This document shows positions 23,115 through 37,034 of a stretch of DNA of 64,000 bases, piece by piece. The stretch is from Mobula hypostoma (Eukaryota), in assembly GCF_963921235.1 (NCBI RefSeq), contig NC_086108.1:89220001-89284000 (forward strand), written 5' to 3'. The stretch's first letter is position 1, and each line of letters opens with the position of its first letter. The position numbers and the translations under genes are program-made. A model generated the notes under the pieces. The model was given only the letters and a program-made list of their open reading frames with translations, ran no database searches and was not told the origin of the DNA.

Positions 23115-23928
23115 ACACATAAAAAATGCTGGTGAACGCAGCAGGCCAGGCAGCATCCCTAGGAAGAGGTGCAGTCGATGTTTCAGGCCGAGACCCTTCG
23201 TCAGGACTAACTGAAAGAAGAGCTAGTAAGAGATTTGAAAGTGGGAGGGGGAGGGGGAGATCCAAAATGATAGGAGAAGACAGGAGGGGGAGGGATGGAG
23301 CTAAGAGTTAGAAAGTTGAGTGGCAAAAGGGAATAGAGAAGATCATGGGACGGGAGGCCTAGGGAGAAAGAAAGGGGGAGGGGGGAAGACTAGAGGATGG
23401 GCAAGGGGTATAGTGAGAAGGACAGAGGGAGAAATAGGAGAGACAGGAAAAAATTAATAATAAATAAATAAATAAATAAATAATGGATGGGGTACGAAAG
23501 GGAGGTGGGGCATTAATGGAAGTTAGAGAAGTCAATGTTCATGCCATCAGGTTGGAGGCTACCCAGACGGAATATAAGGTGTTGTTCCTCCAACCTGAGT
23601 GTGGCTTCATCTTGACGGTAGAGGAGGCCGTGTATAGACATATCAGAATGGGAATGGGACGTGGAATTAAAATGTGTGGCCACTGGGAAATCCTGCTTTC
23701 TGTGGCGGACAGAGCGTAGGTGTTCAGCGAAACGGGCTCCCAGCCTGCGTCGGGTCTCGCCGATATTTAGAAGGCCACATTGGGAGCACCGGACGCAGTA
23801 TATCACCCCAGCCGACTCACAGGTGAAGTGTTGCCTCACCTGGAAGGACTGTCTGGGGCCCTAAATGGTGGTGAGGGAGGAAGTGTAAGGGCATGTGTAG
23901 CACTTGTTCTGCTTACAAGGATAAGCGG
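23115..23928 (-). mobile_element. 5'-truncated Penelope-like element (GIY-YIG C-terminus, 3' UTR, hammerhead)
   Basis: ORF 23513-23839 has FTCESAGVIYCVRC..C.L.NIGET.RRL..RFAEH (GIY-YIG). 13-bp TSD aaatattcaagaa at 23102-23114 and 23929-23941. Confidence 0.9.
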
Positions 23929-25049
23929 AAATATTCAAGAAGTTTATTACCAAGCCAAATATTTGTGTTTCTAAATGGTTTTAATTATATAGGAATATAT
24001 TGGTAAGTCAACATGGAATTCTTGACATTTCCCTTTGGAGCTGTCAATAAGTTTGAGATATAGAACAAATCCAGAATCTCTGAATGCTTTCATAAGTACT
24101 GCGATTTCCAAGCAATCCTCCTTATAGAGTTTTGTGATGAGAGACGATCACTGAAGACAGACAGAAAAAAAACTGTTCACCTGGAGGGCTGTGAATACTT
24201 GGTCATTGAATATGTTGAAAGCAAAAATTTATTTAAGGGAATCAAGGAACATGGGGTTAGTGCAGGCAATATTATTGAGATCTTGCTGAAAAATAAAACA
24301 AAAATGAGGGGTCTATTTCTTGCATGCAATTACTTTCTCTTGTCTTGATAGATTTCTTTAACCATTCTGTGATATCATTTCAGATAGAATTTTTCTCTTA
24401 ATCCATAAATAAATCTGATGTTCAGGTTTCTTTTTTATGTCCTTATGGCAAAGTAATCTTTCATTTGAATCTCCGTATTGTGTAAAAAGGTTGAATTTAG
24501 TGATAAGCTGCTAAAATCAGTTTGAATGTCACCAGGTATAATATATGTCAGTGGTCCTTTGCGTAATGTGCTGAACTTCAGTACTTAATTATTCACAATA
24601 GTAAAGTCACTTTTCATATTCTTTCGCATGAATAATTACTGGCACTATCTTCTTCAGACAAATTGGCCATATCATTGCAACAGAATAGATGCCCCAGGAG
24701 TCTATATAGGAAGACTTGCATCATGGAAGTACATTTTCCAGGTTGGGCATCCTATGATTCTTCCTGCCCCCTTGTGTATTTGTCCTCACTTCTCACATGC
24801 CTGGTTCTCACCACTTCACTTTACATTTCCTTTTGTTAATTTCTAAACCTTAGGATTACACCTCATTTACCTTTGAAGGCCAGGTTGCTACCTGTGCTTG
24901 ATTTCTTTCCCTAATTAATTGCCTAAATGAGGACCTCATTTATACACAATTATTGATAATAAGTAAATATTGGGGAATAATGTGAGCTGCTTCAACAACT
25001 ATCACTCGGTAGCATTGTGATGTACTGTGATGAAGGGATATGGGTGGTT

Positions 25050-25750
25050 CATGATGGCTAGAATTAAGTCCTGCCTGAGCAAGGACCTGGACTTCAGGCA
25101 ATCTCACTGGCTTTCCACTGGGCTTTGGACTATCTTGGCAGCAGCAATATCTATGCCTGGCTGCTGTTTATTAATTACTGCTTAGTGTTCAACTCCATTA
25201 GACTCTCAGTACTATCAGCAAGATTCAAAACCTGGACTTCTGTACCTCCCTCTTCAACTGAATCCTTCACTCCCTCATCAGGAGACCACAGCCATTAAAA
25301 ATTAGTGATAACATCTCCTCCTCACTGACAATCAGTACAGACACACCTCAAGGATGCACACTTAGCCCACTGCTCTACTCTCCGTACACTCACAACTATG
25401 CAGCTAGGCACAGCTCGAACACTGGCTACAAATTCGCCAATGATTTATCTGAATCCCAGATGGCAATGGGGAGCGAAATAGATTGGCTGGTCAATTGGTG
25501 TCACAACAACCTTGCACTCGATGTCAGCAGGACCAAGGAATTGATTATGGACTTCAGGAAGGAGTGGTGGGGAAAGCATGCCCCAATCCTCATCGAGGGG
25601 ACAGCAGTGGAAGGAGTGAACTGTTTCAAATTTCTGGGCAACAATATCTCAGAGGATCTATCCCTTGCTCAACAGGATCCTGACCATCTAGGACGTGCCC
25701 TCTTCTTATTACTGCCTTCATAGAGGAGATACAGGAGCCTAAATATCCAA
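25050..25750 (+). mobile_element. Degraded Rex1/Babar-like LINE fragment (resumes ~26286-26350)
   Basis: WCHNNLALDVSRTKELIMDFRK and FKFLG, similar to 59375-60570. Confidence 0.7.
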
Positions 25751-25751
25751 A

Positions 25752-26285
25752 CTCTGATATGTCTATCCACGGCCTTCTCTATTGTAAAGATGAAGCCACA
25801 CTCAGGTTGGAGGAACAACACCTTATATTCCGTCTGGGTAGCCTCCATCCTGATGGCATGAACATTGACTTCTCAAACTTCTGCTAATGCCCCATCTCCC
25901 CCTCGTACCCCATCCATTATTTATTTATATACACACATTCTTTTTCTCTCTTTCCTTTTTCTCCCTCTGTCCCTCTGACTATACCCCTTGCCCGTCCTCT
26001 GGGTTTTTCCCCCCTCCCCCTTTTCTTTCTGCCTAGGCCTCCTGTCCCATGATCCTCTCATATCCCTTTTGCCAATCACCTGTCCAGCTCTTGGCTCCAT
26101 CCCTCCCCCTCCTGTCTTCTCCTATCATTTCAGATCTCCCCCTCCCCCTCCCACTTTCAAATCTCTTACTAGCTCTTCTTTCAGTTAGTCCTGACGAAGG
26201 GTCTCGGTGCGAAACGTCGACTGTACCTCTTCCTAGAGATGCTGCCTGGCCTGCTGCGTTCACCAGCAACTTTTAAGTGTGTTGC
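25752..26285 (+). mobile_element. Penelope-like element 3' fragment with hammerhead at 26187-26222
   Basis: Reverse-complement match to 23115-23650 (EATLRLEEQHLIFRLG..., 3' UTR). Confidence 0.88.
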
Positions 26286-26744
26286 TCAGAGTTTTAGGAT
26301 AGTTTATTGCACTCTGCATCAGACTTCTAAACAGACCATGAACCCATGAACCCTTGTTGTTCCTCTTTTGCACTATCTATCTATCAACCAATCTATCTAC
26401 GTGTCTGTTATTGGAACCAATCATATCTATTATTGTGATCTATATTGTGACAGTATTTCTGATTCTGATTGCACCTCTGTTAAACATACAAAATGAGTGT
26501 TGCAGCAACGTACACACATTGAACTCTAGCTCTCCGGTTGATTTACAATACGATCAATGGAATCTAATTTCAGAAGTGAAGTTCAATGTGCCTCCATTTT
26601 ATGTGCAGTTAATACAACAAAGGAAGTAGTTCAGCTCTAAAAAAGAAAGACAATGTTATTAATTCACGGTAGATTGGGAAATATTGATGTTTAAAGGGAT
26701 TTTGGTGTCATCATACACAAACAATTGGAATCAAACATATAAGA

Positions 26745-28045
26745 GTAGAATCAGAATCAGGTTTATTATCTCTACTAATAGGATGTGAAATGTAATGTTC
26801 TGCTGCAGCAGTACAGTGCAAAGAGATAAAAATTGCCACAAGTTATAAAAATAAGTAAATAATGCAAAAAAAAAAGAATAATGAATAGTGTTCATAGACT
26901 GTTCAGAAATCTTATCATGGAGGTGACAAAGCTGAGTGAGGGTCTTAAGGCTTCTGTAGCTCCTCCACAATGATAATAATGGATGGTGATGGTCCTTAAT
27001 GATGACTTCCACTTTCTTGAGTCACTACCTTTGTCATGGTTCGGTCCGTTAACTACTCATTTCAGTTAATTTCCTTTTCCCTGTGTTTCACCGGGCTCCT
27101 TGATTGGATCTCCTGATCTTCATCTGAACCGGCAGGATAAAAACCCTGGCTTACAGCTACTCGGGGCTGGTTCGTCACTGTAGCCAGGGCGGCGATGAAT
27201 GTTCTGAGCCACCAAGAATAAGAGACCGTCTTCCAAGCCGCCAAGAATAAAGGACCGTCTTCCAAGCCGCCAAGAATAAGGGTCCGTCTTCACGAGCTTC
27301 CCTGTGTCAAGATTCGTATTGTCTGTTGTTCTTTGTTTGTGTCGGCTCGTATCCAGCTGAGTGTTGCCGGCCATTTTGCCGCTGCTCTGAGCCGGGATGC
27401 GTGCGGTCTGTCATTGTTTGTTTTTGTCATCTCCTGTCCAGTTGAGTGTTGACGGCTGTCTTGCCGCTGCTCTGAGACATGATGCAAGTGGTCTGTCGTT
27501 GTTTTGTTTTGAAGGCTCCGAGTCCCAGTCCAAGTCAAGGCTCCGAGTCCCAGTACAAATCAAGGCTTCATGTCCAGTCAAGGCTTTGTGTCACGTCAAG
27601 TGATTGCTGCCCGTTTGCCACTTCACGAGCTTCTCTGTGTCAAGATATGTATTGTCTGTTATTGTTTGGTTTAGTCGTCTCATTTCCAGCTGAGTAGGTC
27701 CGGCTGTTTGCCGCTACTCTGAGTTTGGAATTCTGTCTCTTCGTGTCCCACTCCAAGTCCAAGCTCTGTGTCCAAGTCAAGTCCAAGTCCGTCTCCATGT
27801 CAAGTCTCCATGCCTGTGTCCTGCATTTGGATCCGCTTCCCAAATGCCGCATTGCAACAACCTTTTGAAGATGTCCTCAGTGATGTCCCGGGATGGAGCT
27901 GACTAAGTCTACAACACTTTGCAACCTCTTTCAACCCTGCACATAGGGGAGCTTCCACATCAGACTGTGATGCAACCAGTTATACTGTTCTCCATGGCAT
28001 ATCTGCACAAGTTTTCAAGTGACTTTGGTGACATATGAAACTTCC
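26745..28045 (-). mobile_element. Rex1/Babar-like 3' fragment interrupted by a solo LTR
   Basis: (tctgat)n-type tail at ~26750 and similarity to 43155-44135 on both sides of the LTR. Confidence 0.55.
27032..27859. mobile_element. Solo LTR (828 bp) with internal tandem repeats
   Basis: TG...CA termini, 5-bp TSD acctt (27027-27031 and 27860-27864), TATA-like ggataaaaa ~27135, tandem ccgtcttccaagccgccaagaataa units. Confidence 0.8.
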
Positions 28046-29898
28046 TCAGATTCCCAGCAAAGTGGTCTGTAAGGCAAATGTCAGGTTCGTCTTTACTGCA
28101 GTCAAATGCTCTATCAGTGTTACAGCAAGTACTTGCTTCAGTCATAAATCTGCTCATCTTTAAGAGGTGAGATCCAGTTTTAAATAAGGCAGGTAGGCCT
28201 TAGCTAGAACTGGCTATTCATTGTCTCCATATAATCAATACTATGGCTGTGTGGATGAAGCTGGTTTGCTGACTGTTTGATAATCAATTTACTGATTAAT
28301 TGTACAGGTCCATCTGCTGTTGTGACTATTAATTCAGCCCCTCTATTTCTAATAGATGAAGAATTAAAATTGGAAACATTCCATTTATTGCTTTATCACC
28401 TACAGTTCTGGAGTTGTATAATGCAAAAGTTCAAACTGAATAAGGATTTACAGCAGCACCACATCCACTTACATTGATTCTTAAAATTAATATTTTATAA
28501 CTGGTTCAATAAGCCATTTTCTGGATTATCATAATTATAAATTTCAGTTTTATTTATTTTAATAACCACAAATGGTTAGAAAGTTGCATGAACAAACCAT
28601 ATATTATATCCTAATACTTCTTTCAAATGGAAATAGAGTTGCTTACTGATGGTATCAACATTCATTACTGCTATTTAAAGCAAATAATTCAGTCTTCTGA
28701 TGGAAAATAAATCTAATCATTGTCATATAAATAAGCCAAGGCTGAAATTTCCTCATATTTCAACTGAGAAAGGTAGTTATTGTATAATTTTTGTGCTACA
28801 TCAAAATTCAGAATTAGAAGTTAATCCTGGTCTTGCCGCATAGTTTCCAGATATGATTCTTATAGGTCAAAGGTTAAAGCTGTGAAGGGGAAATTTTCAT
28901 GGAGCAAATTTTTACACAGTCAGTGGTAGGATACAAACCTTAGTTCAAAGTTTGGTCAACTGGTAACGTTTATATTAAAAAGTGACTCCCATTCATTATT
29001 GAGTATTCAATCCTTAACCTATATTTTATTTATCAGTGGCAAAACCTTGCACGTTTATCACTGCTACACAATGCAAAATGCAACTTTACTATATAAGGAG
29101 GTTTTAACCTTTTTGCCATAACCAAATCCCGCAAAAGATGCTAACAGTGCAAAGCTGCTGTGTTGAATTTTGCAAGCCATTGTCGGTAAGTTAACTAAAC
29201 TTACCCACACAAGCAGCATCCAAAGTCAGGATGGAATTCAGACATGTTGAAACTGTCCGTAGTGTCAATGAATTACAAGTTCAGTTTGGTAAAGGACATG
29301 GCCCAATGTTAACTCGGTGGAGTACAAATCCATCTCTACTTCAGCCTTTAATTAATAGAGTATTGGTCATGAATTGATTTGGTGTTTGTCTTAATGCACA
29401 TGTGAGCCTTGTGTTGCTTAATAATTGGCTTTGAATCTTTCAACATTTCTCTAGAGCATTATCCAGATGGATTGAAAAGTCCTTACGTGTTCTATGCTAT
29501 ATTTTTATTCTTTGATTCCATCTTTCCCAATAGAGTGGTTGGTGTAGCTAGCCCCTATGTTTGGTAATTTCAGTTTTTGATCCTTATGAGAAAATGCATA
29601 TCCAGTCTAACACAGGCATTTTTGATTCAGCATGTTTTTTTATTAATGACATTTTGCTGAACTTTTTAACGTACATAAAATTTCAAAGGTCAAAGTAAAT
29701 TTATTATCAAAGTACATATATGCTACCATGAGATTCACTTTCTTGCAGGCATTGACAGGAAAGTAAAGAAATACAACAGAATTTTTGTAAAACTATAAAC
29801 AACAAAGTCTGATAAACAGCCAATGTGCAAAAGAAGAAAAATCATACAAAAAAAGACCCTGCCTATAATCAAGTTGTCATAAGCTGTATTGATGTTTA

Positions 29899-30465
29899 TT
29901 GTTGTTGTTCGTCCATCATTGACGTCGATGAGGACCTCGACACCATTATGATGGTGTCGAGACTAGCGCGTGATTTGGATTTAAGTGAGGGAGAGTTGCG
30001 CAGCGTCAGCCTCACTCTCTCTTCCCAATTCCCATCTGGATCCAGTGGCAAGACAGAGTCTAGACGGCTGGAGATGGGACTAGGCGCAGTGGATGACCAG
30101 GACAACTTCTGTGTCTTGTCGTGCTCTACACGTTCCACGATGCTTGCAGAGACCGCCTTGGTGACCGTTGGACCTTCCATTGGTCTCGTCCGTTCAATCC
30201 GCTGGAGTCTGTCTTCACATGCTGGGATAGACAACTCCCTATCTCACCGAGTGTTTGAAACCCATCGGCTATCCTCACCTGGTTTAGCCGGCTTGTCGAA
30301 GCCGTTGCCCGGGGTGTGGCTGCTGTCGCATGCAAACAGCTACGGGGAGCCACAGGTGAGAGCTGAGTGCCACGTGGGGACCAAAGGTGGACTAACCACC
30401 CTGAAAAGGATGCGACATGTCCCCCCACCAGAGGTGCTACCCCTCCCTGACACCCCATACACCCC
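29899..30465 (-). mobile_element. Non-coding RTE-type short retroposon, family A, copy 2 (uninterrupted)
   Basis: Reverse-complement match to 14769-15257 plus 21186-21256, with the same 5' start GGGGTGT and a (caa)n tail. Confidence 0.9.
30274..30465 (-). ncRNA. HDV-like self-cleaving ribozyme, second copy
   Basis: All of P1, P1.1, P2, P3, P4 and J4/2 (GCUAA) are the same as in copy 1. Differences in the core fall in loops or keep pairing. Confidence 0.85.
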
Positions 30466-31166
30466 AATATAAATTATGTTTATATTGACATAATGATCAT
30501 TAACTTCCACTTGAATTATAATTGCTGCATTTTCCTCTATGCTTGAAAGTGGCATAGTTGCTGTTCTTGCTGCTCAAAAGCTATAATTTAGTACAGCAAC
30601 TTTGTGTGCCTCCATTATAAGTAATGGGGAACCCATATTCTGGCTTGCAATCCACAATTTAGCTTTGTATGCTGAAGTTGTATGCCTTTTCTTTCTCCAG
30701 TGGCAGCAGTGCACGACTGACAACCTACTGATGGATGACCTCCAGCACATCAGATACAAATTTTCTCAACAGTCCCACCTGAAGCTAAATTCATTCAGAT
30801 AGTTCAGCCTGCATATCTGAGCACTCACTCTTGCTACAGCTCACTCTTGTAGCATTAATATTACTATTTCTCATTATACTTTGTCTTCTTAGACAATCCT
30901 TCTGGATTCAGAATAACTTGCTTTCACTCCAGCTTTGTGGGTTTTGAGATGACTGGTGAAGCCAACTGCAGACTCTTCCGCAGATGGACATGAGGTAGCC
31001 GCTAGGTTAGGTGGTGTCAATAGTTTGAGAGGGTTTTCACACAGAGAGTGGTGGGTGTATTGGCCAAGCGTTCAGAGAAAGTGGTAGAGAAAGGTACAAT
31101 TACAATGCTTAAAAGATGTTTGGACAGGTACATGGACAGGAAAACTTTAGACGGATATGGACCATA

Positions 31167-34100
31167 TAACCATATAACAATCACAGCACGGAAACAGGCC
31201 ATCTCGGCCCTTCTACTCCGTGCCGAACTCTTACACTCACCTAGTCCCACTGACCTGCACTCAGCCCATAACCCTCCATTCCTTTCCTGTCCATATAGCT
31301 ATCCAATTTAACTTTAAATGACAACATCGAACCTGCCTCAACCACTTCTGCTGGAAGCTCGTTCCACACAGCTACCATTCTCTGAGTAAAGAAGTTCACC
31401 CTCATGTTACCCCTAAACTTTGCCCTTTAACTCTCAACTCATGTCCTCTTGTTTGAATCTCCCCCACTCTCAATGGAAAAAGCCTATCTATGTCAACTCT
31501 ATCTTTTCCCCTCATAATCTTAAATACCTCTATCAAGTACCCCCTCAACCGTCTATACTCCAAAGAATAAAGACCCAACTTTTTCAACCTTTCTCTGTAA
31601 CTTAGGTGCTGAAACCCAGGTAACATTCAAGTACATCTCTCTGTACTCTTTCTATTTTGTTGACATCTTTCCTATAATTCGGTGACCAAAACTGTACACA
31701 ATACTCCAAGTTTGGCCTCACCAATGCCTTGTACAATTTCGACATTACATCCCAACTCTTATATTCAATGATCTGATTTATAAAGGCCAACATACCAAAA
31801 GCTTTCTTCACTACCCTATCCACATGAGATTCCACCTTCAGGGAACTATGCACCATTATTCCTAGATCCCTCTGTTCTACTGCATTCTTCATTGCCCTAC
31901 CATTTACCATGTATGTCCTATTTTGATTAGTCCTACCAAAATGTAGCACCTCACATTTATCAGCATTAAACTTCATCTGCCATCTTTCAGCCCACACTTC
32001 TAACTAGCCTAAATCTCTCTGCAAGCTTTGAAAACCTACTTCATTATCAACAACTCTACCTATCTTAGTATCATCTGCATACTTACTAATCCAATTTACC
32101 ACCCCATCATCCAGATCATTAATGTATATGACAAACAGCATTGGACCCAGTACAGATCCCTGAGGCACACCACTAGTCACCGGCCTCCAATCTGACAAAC
32201 AGTTATCCACCACTACTCTCTGGCTTCTCCCATCCAGTCACTGCTGAATCCATTTTACTACTTCAATATTAATACCTAACAATTGAACCTTCCTAACTAA
32301 CCTTCCAAGTGGACCTTGTCAAAGGCCTTACTAAAGTCCATATAGACAACATCCACCACTTTACCCTCGTCAACTTTCCTAATAACCTCTTCAAAAAATT
32401 CAATAAGATTTGTCAAACATGACCTTCCACGCACAAATCCATGTTGACTGTTCCTAATCTGACCCTGTCTATCTAGATAATTATATATACCATCCCTAAG
32501 AATACTTTCCATCAATTTACCCACCACTGACGTCAAACTCACTGCCGATAATTGCTAGGTTTACTCTTAGAACCCTTTTTAAACAATGGAACAACATGAG
32601 CAATATGCCAATTCTCCGGCATCATCCCCATTTCTAATGACATTTGAAATATTTCTGTCAGAGCCCCTGCTATTTCCACACTAACTTCTCTCAAGGTCCT
32701 AGGGAGTATCTTGTCAGGACTCAGAGACTTATCCACTTTTATATTCCTTAAAAGCTCCAGTACTTCCTCCTCTTTAATCATCATAGTTTCCATAACTTCC
32801 CTACCTGTTTCCCTTATCTTACACAATTCAATATCCTTCTCCCTAGTGAATACCAAAGAAAAGAAAGTGTTCAGAATCTCCCCCATCTCTTTTGGCTCCG
32901 CACATAGCTGTCCATTCTGATTCTCTAAGGGACCAATTTTATCCCTCACTATCCTTTTGCTATTAATATAACTGTAGAAACCCTTGGGATTTATTTTCAC
33001 CTTACTTGCCAAAGCAACCTCATATCTTCTTTTAGCTTTTCTAATTTCTTTCTTAAGATTCTTTTTATATTCTTTATATTCCTCGAGCACCTCATTTACT
33101 CCATGCTGCCTATATTTATTATAGATATCTCTCTTTTACCAAACCAAGTTTCCAATATCCCTTGAAAACCATGGCTCTCTCAAATTTTTAACCTTTCCTT
33201 TCAACCTAACAGGAACATAAAGATTCTGTACTCTCAAGATTTCACCTTTAAATGACCTCCATTTCTCTATTACATCCTTCCCAGAAAACAAATTGTCCCA
33301 ATCCACTCCTTCTAAATCCTTTTACATCTCCTCAAAGTTAACCTTTCTCCAATCAAGAATCTCATCTCTGGGTCCAGACCTATCCTTCTCCATAATTATA
33401 TTGAAACTAATGGCATTGTGATCACTGGACCCGAAGTGCTCCCCAACACAAACCTCCGTCACCTGACCTATCTCATTCCCTAACAGGAGATCCAACACTG
33501 CCCCTTCTCTAGTTGGTACCTCTATGTATTGCTGCAAAAAACTACCTTGCACACATTTTACAAACTCCAAACCATCCAGTCCTTTTACAGTATGGGCTTC
33601 CCAGTCTATGTGTGGAAAATTGAAATCTCCCACAATCACAACCAGGTGCTTACTACAAATATCTGCTATCTCCTTACAAATTTGCTCCTCCAGTTCTCGC
33701 TCCCCATTTGGTGGTCTATAATACACCCTCATAGGTGTTACTACACCTTTCCCATTCCTCAATTCCACCCAAATAACCTCCCTAGATGAGCCATCTGATC
33801 TATCCTGCCAGAGCACTGCTGTAATATTTTCTCTGACAAGTAATGCAACACCTCCCCCTCTTGTCCCTCTGATTCTATCACTAACGGTGCAAACAACTTT
33901 ACTGTTTTCTTTTTCTTCCTTCTCCCCTACATCTGTTCCTACACTCTGGTTCCCCTCCCCCCCCCTTGTATCTAGTTTAAATCCACTGGAGCCTCTCTAG
34001 CAAACCTATCTGCAGGAATATTTGTCCCCCTCCAGTTCAGATGTAAACCGTCCCACCGGAGCAAGTCCCAACTTCCCTGGAAAACTGTCCAATTATCTAT

Positions 34101-34278
34101 AAATCCGAACCCTCCCTCCTGCACCATGTCTTCAGCCACGTGTTGATCTGTGCTATCTTACTATTACTAAGCTCGCCTGCATGTGACACTGGTAGCAATC
34201 CTGAGATTGCTATCCTGGAGGTCCTGTCCTTTAACTTGGCGCCTAACTCCCTAAACTCACCTTTCAGGACCTCCTCAA
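31167..34278 (-). mobile_element. CR1 LINE with fragmented ORF2 (APE+RT) and end of ORF1, inserted in an older CR1 3' fragment
   Basis: ORFs 33322-33816 (YYRPP, GDFNFP.IDW, SDH), 32539-33090, 32297-32542, 32004-32213 (YADD) and 31602-31997. Tail at ~31167-31180. Candidate TSD gacca. Confidence 0.9.
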
Positions 34279-35329
34279 ATAAAGACCAAATACAGACAAT
34301 GGGACTACCTTGGATTGCTTTGACACATTGGGCTGACAGACCTGTTCCTACGTTGTGCAACTCTTTGACCATGACCCCAGGCTGTCTGCACTGCAGGATC
34401 TCTGTTCTCCCAATGCATGGCTTTGAGGTTTTCAACATCATCCTGGATGCTCTTTTTCTCTGTTGAGCTGTCAAAGGCCAGATATTCCCAGTAGTCAGTG
34501 GATACTTTGAGTGCATCCTTGAATCTTGTCTATAAGTTCATGTCAGATTGCCTCCGTGCACACAACAAGATACAAGCAAACATGTAATGCAGTGATATCA
34601 CACTTCTTTTTACACAGAATTATTTCTATAAATCATGGTGCTGGTATTCCTGCAGTGCCTGGCAAATTCTCGATTTTCAGCCAGCAGCAGGGAATGTCAT
34701 GTCTTGTACAAAGTTGCTGTTTCTACAGGATTACTTCAGAAACACAACGGATCAGCTTTAGGGGGCTCTGTACTTGGTGAAGTGTGTGCTCTCTCTTTCC
34801 CCTTGATAAGGGAGAGTTGGTTGCGAAATCTCGAGTCGGAGAACTCAGGGAAAACAAAGCAACATGGCAGACTTAAGCACTATAAATCAGCGAGTTATTT
34901 GTTTTTCTTGGTCTTCCCTCTCTCTGTGAAAGGATGACACCACTTGGTCTCTTTGTTAGGGAGAGAGAGAGAGAGCCCATGGTATGTCAAATTGTTGGGT
35001 GAAAGATTAGTTTTTGTTGTACTGCAGATCATGGTCTTTCTTGGGAGCTTTGCTATTGCTTATGTGGTGGGCAGAGGGTGCTGATGCTTTTTTTATCACT
35101 GAAGTAAGTGGGGTAGGGGAAAGGTCATTGCTTTGCTGCTGCCGTGCTTTGGGGATATAGGGGGGCTTTAGGTTTCTAATATTTTTACTGTCACTCATTC
35201 TTTGGGGCATTCTTCTGTTTTCGCGGATGTCTGCGAAGAACAAAAATTTCAGGATGCATATTATACATATTTCTCTGATATTAAATGGAACTCATAGAAT
35301 TGAAAGGGAACTGGACTTAAGCACAGGGA

Positions 35330-35726
35330 ATATTTTCATTTAATTTGATTTATTACTCTTCCAAATTTTTTTGAAGTTTTAGATTTGATCAGAAAAGTCT
35401 TTCTTTTCTTTTTGGTTGTATCCTCAGAATGGATGCCCAGTCCCTTTTTTTAAAAGTTTTTTTTTACATAGGGTAGTGGGGTTGTTTTTTTCCTTCATTT
35501 AAAATTCAATGTTTTTTCCTTCCTTTTCATGAAGTGATAAGAGGAGAATCGCTGTTTTCTTTTTTTTAATTATATATTTTATACCACCTTAACAATATGT
35601 ATGATTTTGATAATGTCTATCTTAATTTCGGTTTGTATTGTTATTGATATAGATATAGATAATTCTCCTCTTGTTTGTATTTATGTTTCTATTAAATCAA
35701 TAAAAAGATTAATAAAGAAAGAAAGA
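35330..35726 (+). mobile_element. Old L1 3' UTR fragment
   Basis: T-rich UTR ending caataaaaagattaataaagaaagaaag, like the L1 end at 15258-15280. Confidence 0.55.
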
Positions 35727-37034
35727 TCTATTGTTCTACTCTGTGCATATGTTGTCTAAAAGCCAATGTATAATCATATGATTCAGTCCTGCTCCTTCAA
35801 ACCATGTCAGTTAAAAATCTTGAATAATCACAAAAGATTCTGCAGATGCTGGAAATCTAGTGCAACAAACACAAAATGCTGAGGAACTCAGTGGGTCAGG
35901 CAGCATCTATGGAGATGAATTACAGGCTGACAAGTTTCCAGCTGAGACTTTTCATTAGGATTGCATTCAAGAAAAGTCTCGAATGTTTGAAGTAAAGCAC
36001 ATGTTTGAGCAACATAATTATGGAATCAGAACATGCTCAGAACTAATACAGACATTTCTTGGTGAAACATAGTACTCCATTTAATAACTCTATAGTGGAA
36101 GTGTATCTTTATTGCTCAGAAGTCTGCCATTGAATAAAACAGTTAACAATTAGGACCTTTTAAACTATTCTTCATTAGTTCGTAAATGAAGTAACATTGG
36201 GGGAAGATGTTGTAATCCGGATAATTCAGGTAGATTTATTATCGTTCATTGTCAACAGCAAAGTCGAGAAAGAGGAAAATTACAGAAAAAAAGCCAAGTC
36301 CATTTTTGTGCAAAGTGAATGAAGTAGTCATAGTGTTGCTAAGCTGGAGTGTTTAGGGCTTTACTCTGAATGGTTGAAGGAATATAACTGTTCGTGAAAC
36401 TAGTGAGGTGGGATTGCAGGCTTCTGTACCTCTAGCTCAATGGTAGTTGTGAAAAGATAGCAAGGCCTGATAGTGAAGATCTTTGATGATTGATGTTGCC
36501 ATTAGACCACGAAAATAGCAATTATAAGTTTGATGTTTTAGTGAGAAAATGCTTTCCTCCAAAAGTATTTTCCAATGTAATTGAAGAAAATTATTTGTTG
36601 ATGAGAAGATAATGTATTGGGTGGTTATTATTCTAAAAATCCTATACTTTGTTAGACATGTTATAAGATTCTGAGCTATTATAATCGCTTAGCAAATTCT
36701 CTGCCCCTAATCAAGATAAATCTCTGTATGGGTATTGCAATTCCCTCACTTTAATAATTCAACATAGACATTCTTCCACACTGCAAAATGTGTATTAATA
36801 CAGTAATGTTGAAGATTCACAGATGACAACATTCAATGACTTGTGGAGCATAAGAGTCAAGTGAGCCATAAATTGCAGAGCACCTAGAATCAGTACTTAA
36901 TTTTTGTGGTATGGCTGAGGAACTGGTGCAGTGGACAGGGCTTCAGATTTATGGATCATTAGCATCTCTCCTGGGGAAGGTACAGCCCGTACAAAAAGGA
37001 TAGGTTACACCTGAATCCGAGGGTGTCCAATATC

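Noticed and set aside
27205..27295. CRISPR-like short repeats
   Set aside because: Head-to-tail tandem units without unique spacers, inside a eukaryotic LTR.
29825..30472. 215-aa ORF (and 14747-15238) as a novel conserved protein
   Set aside because: Antisense frame of the GC-rich family A retroposon; the similarity between the two is repeat identity, and there is no domain motif.
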